Assembly (NCBI GenBank): GCA_023451375.1
Contig: JAEXZS010000097.1
Span: forward strand, 71,525-135,524
Direction: 5' to 3'
DNA from: Pseudomonadota bacterium
Lineage (GTDB): Bacteria; Pseudomonadota; Alphaproteobacteria; Caulobacterales; Caulobacteraceae
Length of the DNA stretch: 64,000 nt
Shown here: positions 56,900-64,000 of the stretch, one piece after another
Numbering within the stretch: position 1 is the stretch's first letter
Layout: each line of letters opens with the position of its first letter
The notes under the pieces: generated by a model
The model's input: only the letters and a program-made list of their open reading frames with translations
Told to the model about the DNA's origin: nothing
Databases searched by the model: none
Translations under genes and position numbers: made by a program

Positions 56900-56991
56900 G
56901 CTCGATCCCCCAAGCGGTTCCCGACCCGCCTAGCGGGGAAATGCGACGGTTCGCCGAGGGTATTGTGAAGGTCTGAAGAGAACCGCGACGC

Positions 56992-58299
56992 CTACGGCTG
57001 AACCAGGCCGATCAGTTCGTTGCCCGCCAAGGCCGCGAACAGCAGCGCCGCCGCGCCCAGGAGCAGGTTCGACGCCCAGCCGCTGCGCCAGGCCTGTGGC
57101 GTTCGGTCGCTGTTCAGCAGCCAGATCAGCGTGCCCGCCAGAAACGGCATGAACAGGCTGCCCAGCACGCCATAGGCGACGATCAGGCCGAACGGCCGAT
57201 CCATGAACAGGAGGATGACGGGCGGGAAGGTCAGCCACAGGGCGTAGGCGCGGAACGGCCGGCTTTTCTCCGCCGGCCCCTGCCCAGCGACCCCGCGCTC
57301 CAGCCCGCGCGAGCGACCCGCGACATGGCCGAAGAAGTCGGCGAACATCAGGCTGACGCCCTGCCAGACGCCGATCAGGCTGGAGAAGCTGGTGGCCCAG
57401 AAGCCGAGCAGGAATAGGAGGGAGACCGGCCGCCCGAACCGGTCGCGCAGCACCTGGTCGAGGTCGAGCAGGCCCCGTTCGCCGCTGCGCAGGGCGATGC
57501 CCGCCGCGTGGAGCAGCTCCGCGCCGACGATCAGCATGGCGATGACGAAGACGCCGGTGACGACATAGGCCACGCCGTTGTCCAGCCGCATGACGCGCAT
57601 CCAGGCCGGGCCGCGCCAGCCCTTGGCGTTCGCCCAGTAGCCGTAGGCCGCCATGGTGATGGTCCCGCCGACCCCGCCGATCAGCCCCAGGGTGTAGAAG
57701 ACCGATCCCTCGGGCAGGGTCGGCCGCAGGCCGGACGCCATCGCCGGCAGGTCGGGCGCGACGATGATCGCGAGACCGACGACGGTGACGAACATCAGGC
57801 CGACGAGGCCCGTCATCACCTTCTCGAACAGGCCGTAGCCGCCGAACCAGACCAGGCCCAATCCCATCACCCCGCTGAGCACGCCCCACAGCTTCAGGTC
57901 GCCGCCGAACAGCGCCGCCAGCGGCAGCGCCGCCGCCGTCATCGCCGCCGCGCCGTAGACGAAGCCCCAGAGGACCACATAGAGGCCGAAATACACCCCG
58001 GCCCAGTTCAGCCGTCCCCCCGTACCCGGAATGGGCCAGCCCCCGCCCAGCGACGACCAGCCGTCGAAGATCGTCCGCCCGCTGGCCAGGGTCCAGCGCC
58101 CCACGCCCTCGGCCAGGGCGATCTTGATCACCGTGCCCGCGAGCGCCGCCCACAGCAGGGCGTAGCCGAAGCGCGAACCGGCGATCAGGGTGGCGACCAG
58201 GTCTCCGGCGCCGACGCCGGTGGCCGCCACGACGATGCCCGGGCCGATCAGGGACCAGCGGGCGGCGGGAGCCTGCGACTCGTTTTCCGGGTGCGACAT
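56992..58299 (-). CDS. Nramp-related transporter (YcsG-like)
   Basis: IGPGIVVAATGVGAGD..AGSRFGYALLW; about 11 TM segments. Confidence 0.8.
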   Translation of the reverse strand: MSHPENESQAPAARWSLIGPGIVVAATGVGAGDLVATLIAGSRFGYALLWAALAGTVIKIALAEGVGRWTLASGRTIFDGWSSLGGGWPIPGTGGRLNWAGVYFGLYVVLWGFVYGAAAMTAAALPLAALFGGDLKLWGVLSGVMGLGLVWFGGYGLFEKVMTGLVGLMFVTVVGLAIIVAPDLPAMASGLRPTLPEGSVFYTLGLIGGVGGTITMAAYGYWANAKGWRGPAWMRVMRLDNGVAYVVTGVFVIAMLIVGAELLHAAGIALRSGERGLLDLDQVLRDRFGRPVSLLFLLGFWATSFSSLIGVWQGVSLMFADFFGHVAGRSRGLERGVAGQGPAEKSRPFRAYALWLTFPPVILLFMDRPFGLIVAYGVLGSLFMPFLAGTLIWLLNSDRTPQAWRSGWASNLLLGAAALLFAALAGNELIGLVQP

Positions 58300-58399
58300 G
58301 CCGCGAGCCTAGCCGCCGGCCCACAAGCCGTCACCTTCGCAGGCGACGGAGGCGGCGACGCTTGCTAAAGCGGGCGGCGACCCAGCTTCGAGGTGCGAC

Positions 58400-59266
58400 T
58401 TGCCCTTTCCCGAATTCGATCCGGTCCTGATCCATCTCGGCCCCCTGCCGATCCGGTGGTACGCCCTGGCCTATGTGGCGGGGATCGTGCTGGGCTGGTG
58501 GTACGCCACCCGGCTGGTGAAGACGTCCCGGCTGTGGGGCGGCCGGCCGCCGGTGACGCCCACGCAGCTGGACGATCTGGTGCTGTGGATCGTGCTGGGC
58601 ATCATCCTGGGCGGGCGGCTGGGCTACGCGCTGTTCTACAAGCCGGTGATGTACGCCCAGCTGTTCACGGGCGACACGCTGGGCGAACGGTTCGAACTGT
58701 TCCAGCTGTGGACCGGCGGCATGAGCTTCCACGGCGGCTTCCTCGGCGTGGCCGCGGCCATCATCCTGTACGCCCGGGCGCAGAAGATCGACATGCTGCG
58801 GATCGGCGACCTGGTGGCGCCGGTGGTGCCGATCGGCCTGGCCTTCGGCCGCATCGCCAACTTCATCAACGGCGAGCTGTGGGGCCGCGAGACCACGGTT
58901 CCGTGGGCCGTGCGCTTCTGCAACGACCGGATCCAGCAGATGTACGGCTTCTGCCCCGCGGGCGACGCCCCGCGCCACCCAAGCCAGTTGTACGAGGCGG
59001 GGCTTGAGGGAATCATCCTGTTCGGCCTGCTGTCGCTGGCCGTCTGGAAGGGGCGCCTGCTGATGAAGCCGGGCTATGTCACGGGCCTGTTCCTGGTCGG
59101 CTACGGCGTCTGCCGCGCCCTGCTGGAGAATGTTCGAGAGCCGGACTACGGCATGCCCGACTTCCCGCTGGGCCTGACCATGGGAATGATGCTGTCGATC
59201 CCGATGATCCTGGTCGGCGCATGGCTGATCTGGCGGGCCCGGAGCCGCCCGCCCGTCGTGGCATGA
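58400..59266 (+). CDS. lgt: Prolipoprotein diacylglyceryl transferase
   Basis: TTG start; IRWYALAY, GGRLGY, GGMSFHGG, GRIANFINGELWGR, HPSQLYE. Confidence 0.96.
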   Translation: MPFPEFDPVLIHLGPLPIRWYALAYVAGIVLGWWYATRLVKTSRLWGGRPPVTPTQLDDLVLWIVLGIILGGRLGYALFYKPVMYAQLFTGDTLGERFELFQLWTGGMSFHGGFLGVAAAIILYARAQKIDMLRIGDLVAPVVPIGLAFGRIANFINGELWGRETTVPWAVRFCNDRIQQMYGFCPAGDAPRHPSQLYEAGLEGIILFGLLSLAVWKGRLLMKPGYVTGLFLVGYGVCRALLENVREPDYGMPDFPLGLTMGMMLSIPMILVGAWLIWRARSRPPVVA

Positions 59267-60348
59267 GCCTGAAGTCAAGGCTGGCGCGCGAGATCGCCCT
59301 GACCGGGCCGATGACGGTCGCCGATTATGTGACGCGCTGCCTGCACGACCCGAAGGACGGCTACTACGCCGTGCGGCCCGCCCACAGGCCGATATTGGGT
59401 GGAGGCGGAGACTTCATCACCGCGCCCCTGGTCAGCCAGATGTTCGGCGAACTGATCGGCCTGTGGGCGGTCGAGACCTGGGAGCGGCTGGGCGCGCCCG
59501 AGCGGGTGCGGCTGGTCGAGGTCGGCCCCGGCGACGGCACGCTGATGAGCGACGCCCTGAGGGCGGCGCGGCTGTCGCCCGGCTTCCTGGAGGCGGTCGA
59601 CCTGATCCTGATCGAGCCCAGCGGGCCGCTGCGCGAGTCCCAGGCGCGGGCGCTGGCCGGCGCCGACGTGGCGCCGCGCTGGGTCCGCGACCTGACGCAG
59701 GTCGAGACCGACGCGCCGGTGATCCTGATCGCCAACGAGGTGCTGGACTGCCTGCCCGCGCGGCAGTTCGTCCGCACCGACGAGGGATGGTTCGAACGGC
59801 GCGTTGGGGTGACCGACGACAACGACCTGATCTTCGGCCTGTCGGCGATCACCGGCGGCTTCGTCCGCCCCGCCTTCGACGTCGAGCCGGGCGGGGTGGT
59901 CGAGATTTCGGAGCAGCAGGCCGCCTTTGGTCGCGATCTGGGCGCGCTGGTGCGGGCGGCGTCGGGCGCCGCCCTGCTGATCGACTACGGCCGGGCGCGG
60001 CCCGAGGCCGGCGACACCCTCCAGGCCCTGCGGCGCCACGCGAAGGTCGATCCGCTGGAGACGCCGGGCGAGGCGGACCTGACCCAGTGGGCCGATTTTC
60101 CGACCGTGCTGGAGGCGGCCGTGCGCGGCGGGGCCGACGTGACCGGCTGCCTCGGCCAGGGCGACTTCCTGAAGCGGCTGGGGATCGAACATCGCGCTGA
60201 GGCCTTGAAGCGGGGGCGACCCGAGGCCGCGCCCGTGATCGACCGCCAGTTGAACCGCCTGACCGCCGAGGACCAGATGGGAACCCTGTTCAAGGCCGCC
60301 GCGATCTTCTCGCCCCGCGCGCTGATCGTGCCGGGGTGGGACGAATGA
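59263..60348 (+). CDS. MidA/NDUFAF7 family SAM-dependent methyltransferase
   Basis: GYY..GDFITAP, EVGPGDG, ANEVLD, IDYG, DLT, MGTLFK. Confidence 0.9.
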   Translation: MSLKSRLAREIALTGPMTVADYVTRCLHDPKDGYYAVRPAHRPILGGGGDFITAPLVSQMFGELIGLWAVETWERLGAPERVRLVEVGPGDGTLMSDALRAARLSPGFLEAVDLILIEPSGPLRESQARALAGADVAPRWVRDLTQVETDAPVILIANEVLDCLPARQFVRTDEGWFERRVGVTDDNDLIFGLSAITGGFVRPAFDVEPGGVVEISEQQAAFGRDLGALVRAASGAALLIDYGRARPEAGDTLQALRRHAKVDPLETPGEADLTQWADFPTVLEAAVRGGADVTGCLGQGDFLKRLGIEHRAEALKRGRPEAAPVIDRQLNRLTAEDQMGTLFKAAAIFSPRALIVPGWDE

Positions 60349-61112
60349 GCATGCTGGAGCCCATCACCCACCCCCTGCTGACCGCCGCGGGCGTCCAGCA
60401 CGGCTTCTTCACCCGGGCGGGCGGCGTGTCGGCCGGGCTCTACGAAGGCCTGAACACCGGCGTCGGCTCCAGGGACGATCCGGCGGCCGTGACCGAGAAC
60501 CGCCGCCGCGTCGCCGAGGCGATGGGCGTCGACCTGGACCACCTGAACGGCTGCTATCAGATCCATTCCGCCGTCGCCCGCGTGGCCGAGGGCCCGTGGC
60601 GCGGCGACCGGCCGGAGGGCGACGCCGTGATCACGGCCGAGCCGGGCGTGGTGTGTTCGGTGCTGACGGCCGACTGCGCCCCGGTGCTGCTGGCCGATGC
60701 CGAGACGCGCATCGTCGCCGCCGTCCATGCCGGTTGGAAGGGCGCGCTGGGCGGGGTCGTGCATTCCGCGGTCGCGGCGATGGAGGCGCTGGGCGCCGAG
60801 CCGCGCCGGATGCTGGCGGTGGTCGGCCCCTGCATCGGCCCGGAAAGCTACGAGGTCGGCGCCGACTTTCAGGAACGGTTCGCCCACCACGATCCGGGCA
60901 GCGAGCGCTTCTTCCATCCGGGCGCGACCGCCGACAAGCGCCGGTTCGATCTGCCGGGCTTCGTTCTGTGGCGGTTGCAGGCGGGCGTGGGCCAGGCGGT
61001 GTGGACCGGCCACGACACCTGCGCCGACGCGGCGCGGTTCTTCTCCAACCGACGGGCGTTCCAGCGCGGCGAGCCGGACTTCGGCCGACTGATCTCGGTG
61101 ATCCGGGTTTAA
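60345..61112 (+). CDS. pgeF: PgeF/YfiH family protein
   Basis: HGFFTRAGGVS, QIHS, LTADCAPV, HAGWKG, GPCIG, SNRR. Confidence 0.93.
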   Translation: MSMLEPITHPLLTAAGVQHGFFTRAGGVSAGLYEGLNTGVGSRDDPAAVTENRRRVAEAMGVDLDHLNGCYQIHSAVARVAEGPWRGDRPEGDAVITAEPGVVCSVLTADCAPVLLADAETRIVAAVHAGWKGALGGVVHSAVAAMEALGAEPRRMLAVVGPCIGPESYEVGADFQERFAHHDPGSERFFHPGATADKRRFDLPGFVLWRLQAGVGQAVWTGHDTCADAARFFSNRRAFQRGEPDFGRLISVIRV

Positions 61113-62008
61113 CCGGCCTCGGCCATCTCCGGCACGTGGGTGACCTCGCGCCAGGCGTGCGGCGCGGCCAGCAGGGCGCGGACCAGCTTGTTGTTGAGGG
61201 CGTGACCGGCCTTATAGCCCTCGTAGCGGCCCAGCAGCGGCGCGCCCAGGACGTACAGGTCGCCGATGGCGTCCAGCGCCTTGTGACGCACGAACTCGCG
61301 TTCCATGCGCAGGCCGCCGGGGTTCAGGATGTCGTCGCCGTCGATCACCACGGCGTTCTCCAGCGAGCCGCCGCGCGCCAGGCCGGCCTGGCGCAGGGCC
61401 TCGACCTCATGGGCGAAGCCGAAGGTGCGGGCGGCCATGATCTCGTTGCGGAAGGTCGGCTCGTCGACCACGAAATCGACCACCTGATTGCCGATGGCGG
61501 CCGACGGGAAATCGATCTCCATCCGCATCTCGAAACGATCGCACGGACGCAGGGCGGCGTGCTTGTCGCCCTCCTCCACATGGATGGTCTGCAGCATCTC
61601 GATGTAGCGCACGGGGCTCGGCTGGCGGCGGAAGCCGGCGCGATCCAGCAGTTGGACGAACTCCAGCGCCGAACCGTCCAGGATCGGCAGTTCCGGCCCG
61701 TCCACCTCGACCACGGCGTTCGACACGCCCAGGGCGGCGAAGGCGGCCATCAGGTGCTCGATCGTCGACAGGCGCACGCCCGCCGCATTCTCGATCATGG
61801 TGTTCAGGCGCGCATCGACGACCGCCTCGCCAGAGACCGGAATGCGGTTGTCGCGATCGGTCACGTCGGTGCGCACGAAGACGACCCCCGTCCCCGCCGG
61901 CGCGGGACGCACGGCCAGGCGCACGCGGCGGCCCGTGTGAACGCCCACCCCGGCGATGATCGCCGGCGCGACGATGGTGCGTTCGTGATGGTCGTGGATG
62001 ACCGGCAA
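61109..62008 (-). CDS. lpxC: UDP-3-O-acyl-GlcNAc deacetylase
   Basis: TTG start; GVGVHTG, TIEHLMAA, ELPILDGS, ARTFGF, RHKALDAIGD, GH. Confidence 0.96.
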   Translation of the reverse strand: MPVIHDHHERTIVAPAIIAGVGVHTGRRVRLAVRPAPAGTGVVFVRTDVTDRDNRIPVSGEAVVDARLNTMIENAAGVRLSTIEHLMAAFAALGVSNAVVEVDGPELPILDGSALEFVQLLDRAGFRRQPSPVRYIEMLQTIHVEEGDKHAALRPCDRFEMRMEIDFPSAAIGNQVVDFVVDEPTFRNEIMAARTFGFAHEVEALRQAGLARGGSLENAVVIDGDDILNPGGLRMEREFVRHKALDAIGDLYVLGAPLLGRYEGYKAGHALNNKLVRALLAAPHAWREVTHVPEMAEAG

Positions 62009-62138
62009 GCTCAGACTCTCTGCTGCGCGCCTCCGCCTCTGCGTGCGGATTGCGCCTCTTCATCCGTCTAGCGGGGCGGCTTCAAGCGCGAAATGAAAGT
62101 CGGGTTTCGGATTGTTTCGTTACGGAGCGCCCTTAACG

Positions 62139-62168
62139 AAAACGCCCCGGAGCAGGCGCTCCGGGGCG
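62139..62168 (-). terminator. Rho-independent terminator after ftsZ
   Basis: CGCCCCGGAGC-loop-GCTCCGGGGCG followed by TTTT on the - strand. Confidence 0.8.
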
Positions 62169-62190
62169 GATCATTCAGCGTTCGGGCCGC

Positions 62191-63777
62191 TTAGTTGGCG
62201 AGACGGCGGAGAAAAGAGGGAATCTCCAGGTCGTCGTCGGCGGCGCCCGTTTCCGGCTCCGGCTGCTGCGCCGGCTGGGCGGCGGTGCGGCCGGTCGGCA
62301 TCGGGCGCGGCGCATAGGCCGCCTGCGGCGCCTGGGCGCGCTTGCGGCCGAACAGGCTCCAGCCGCTGCGGCGGTGGTCGCGATCGTCGTAGTCGTCGGC
62401 CGGGGCCGCCGGTTCGGAGCGCTCGTAGAGATCAGCCTGCGCCGGCGGCGTATGGGCGGCCGGCTTGCGGGTGGTTTCGTACTCCTCCACCCAGGGATCG
62501 ACGATCGGATCGAGGGCGCGGGCCTGCGGCTGCTCCTCGGCGACGCGGATCACCGGTTCCGGCCGAACCTCCGGCAGGGGCTCGGGCATGCGGGCGGCGG
62601 GCGCCTCGTAGGTCGGGATGATCGGGGCCGGCTCGGGCGCACGGGGCGCTTCGGCGCGCACGGGCTCGCGCCATGCGTCGCGGGGCGGTTCCGGCGCGCG
62701 CTGCGCCGCCGTGCCGTACAGGCCGCCGGCCGAACGGCGGGCGTCGTGGCTGGCCAGCGGCGCGCTGGGGGCGCTGTTGCCGGGCGCGATGGGCTCGATG
62801 CGCTGGATCTCGCCCTCGTCCATGCCGGTGGCGACGACCGAAACGCGAATCTTGCCTTCCAGCGCCGGGTCGAAGGCGGCGCCGAAGATGATGTTGGCGT
62901 CGCCGTCCACCTCGGCCGAGATGGCGTTGGCGGCCTCGTCGACTTCCAGCAGGGTCATGTCCAGCCCGCCGGTGATGTTGACCAGCACGGCCTTGGCGCC
63001 CTTCAGGCTGGTCTCGTCCAGCAGCGGGTTGGCGATAGCGTTCTGGGCCGCCAGCAGGGCGCGGTCGTCGCCCGTGGCCTCGCCCGTTCCCATCATCGCC
63101 TTGCCCATCTCGGACATGACGGCGCGGACGTCGGCGAAGTCGAGGTTGATCAGGCCGGGCAGGATCATCAGGTCGGTGATCGAGCGCACGCCCGAGTGCA
63201 GCACCTGGTCGGCCATGCCGAAGGCGTCGGCGAAGGTGGTGCGCTCGTTGGCGACGCGGAACAGGTTCTGGTTGGGGATGACGATCAGGGTGTCGACGTA
63301 GCGCTGCAGCTCGGCGATGCCCGCGTCGGCCAGCCGCATGCGGTGACGGCCCTCGAAGGTGAAGGGCTTGGTCACCACGCCGACGGTCAGGATGCCGCGG
63401 TCGCGCGCGCACTTGGCGATGATCGGCGCGGCGCCGGTGCCGGTGCCGCCGCCCATGCCGGCGGTGATGAAGATCATGTGCGCGCCTTCCAGGTGCGCGT
63501 GGATCTCGTCGGCGCTCTCCTCGGCGGCGTTCATGCCGACTTCGGGGTGGGCGCCGGCGCCGAGGCCCTGGGTGATGGTCTCGCCCAGCTGGATGCGGCG
63601 GTCGGTCTTGGCGAACGACAGATGCTGCGCATCGGTGTTGGCGACCACGAACTCGACGCCTTCGAGGCCGGCGTCGATCATGTTGTTGACGGCGTTGCCG
63701 CCGGCGCCGCCGACGCCGAACACGACGATCCGCGGCTTCAGTTCAGTGGCTTGAGGCTTGACCAGCGAGAGTGACAT
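62191..63777 (-). CDS. ftsZ: Cell division protein FtsZ with long C-terminal linker
   Basis: [35 protein letters not shown]. Confidence 0.98.
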   Translation of the reverse strand: MSLSLVKPQATELKPRIVVFGVGGAGGNAVNNMIDAGLEGVEFVVANTDAQHLSFAKTDRRIQLGETITQGLGAGAHPEVGMNAAEESADEIHAHLEGAHMIFITAGMGGGTGTGAAPIIAKCARDRGILTVGVVTKPFTFEGRHRMRLADAGIAELQRYVDTLIVIPNQNLFRVANERTTFADAFGMADQVLHSGVRSITDLMILPGLINLDFADVRAVMSEMGKAMMGTGEATGDDRALLAAQNAIANPLLDETSLKGAKAVLVNITGGLDMTLLEVDEAANAISAEVDGDANIIFGAAFDPALEGKIRVSVVATGMDEGEIQRIEPIAPGNSAPSAPLASHDARRSAGGLYGTAAQRAPEPPRDAWREPVRAEAPRAPEPAPIIPTYEAPAARMPEPLPEVRPEPVIRVAEEQPQARALDPIVDPWVEEYETTRKPAAHTPPAQADLYERSEPAAPADDYDDRDHRRSGWSLFGRKRAQAPQAAYAPRPMPTGRTAAQPAQQPEPETGAADDDLEIPSFLRRLAN

Positions 63778-63829
63778 TCTTTTTCCGACCTTCCGACCCT
63801 GCCCTCGGAAACCAAGCGAACGCCCCGCC

Positions 63830-63905
63830 GAATCGCATTGGTTATGAGCGTGTTAAGGAGTGCGCCCGAGAGGGTTAAGAGAATGTTACGGCGATAATAT
63901 GAGTC
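63830..63905 (-). promoter_or_regulatory. ftsZ promoter region with CtrA-like boxes and GANTC sites
   Basis: TTAT-N7-TTAA (63842-63856), TTAA-N7-TTAC (63875-63889), GAATC at 63830, GAGTC at 63901. Confidence 0.6.
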
Positions 63906-63968
63906 GCGCCTACGGACAGGCCCTTATTCCAGCGTGGCCGCAGAAAAGCTGCGGCCAAGCCGAAGATT

Positions 63969-64000
63969 TCACAGATTGTCCCTGAGCCAGCCCGCGACGC
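63969..64000 (-). CDS. ftsA: 3' end of cell division protein FtsA (partial)
   Basis: ...VAGWLRDNL-stop, an amphipathic C-terminus typical of FtsA, directly upstream of ftsZ. Confidence 0.75.
   Translation of the reverse strand, partial: VAGWLRDNL

Noticed and set aside
62200..62820. Long Pro/Ala/Glu-rich FtsZ tail as a novelty
   Set aside because: Long disordered C-terminal linkers are established for alphaproteobacterial FtsZ

Overview
High-GC alphaproteobacterial chromosome segment. Gene order and content point to Caulobacteraceae, probably Brevundimonas-like; this is inferred, not searched. The left edge holds the start of an RcGTA/CcGTA-like gene transfer agent cluster on the - strand: a putative small terminase and a large terminase that runs off the window, preceded by a near-consensus IHF site and ycgN. 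Positions 1.6-35 kb are a mixed accessory region: TetR-SMR, uup, cysS, folE, an orphan exbD, a Tat-exported GGT, two type II toxin-antitoxin islets (VapBC+MmcQ and MazEF), ubiD, exported peptidases (one M14, two tandem M61), a TonB-dependent receptor, LysR-pirin-DoxX and two I78-type inhibitor lipoproteins. Positions 35.6-64 kb are conserved core: holC-pepA, lptFGD-surA-pdxA-rsmA, fabD-fabG-acpP-fabF-mltG-yicC-gmk, lgt-midA-pgeF and ftsA-ftsZ-lpxC. Three families of short palindromic intergenic repeats are present. I found no rRNA, tRNA, CRISPR array, integrase or transposase. No clearly new system can be proven from sequence alone. The best leads are the GTA packaging module with its overlapping genes, the paired I78 inhibitors with different predicted P1 residues, a possible structured RNA ahead of the orphan exbD, a TBDR/peptidase foraging cluster and a three-gene VapBC-MmcQ module.
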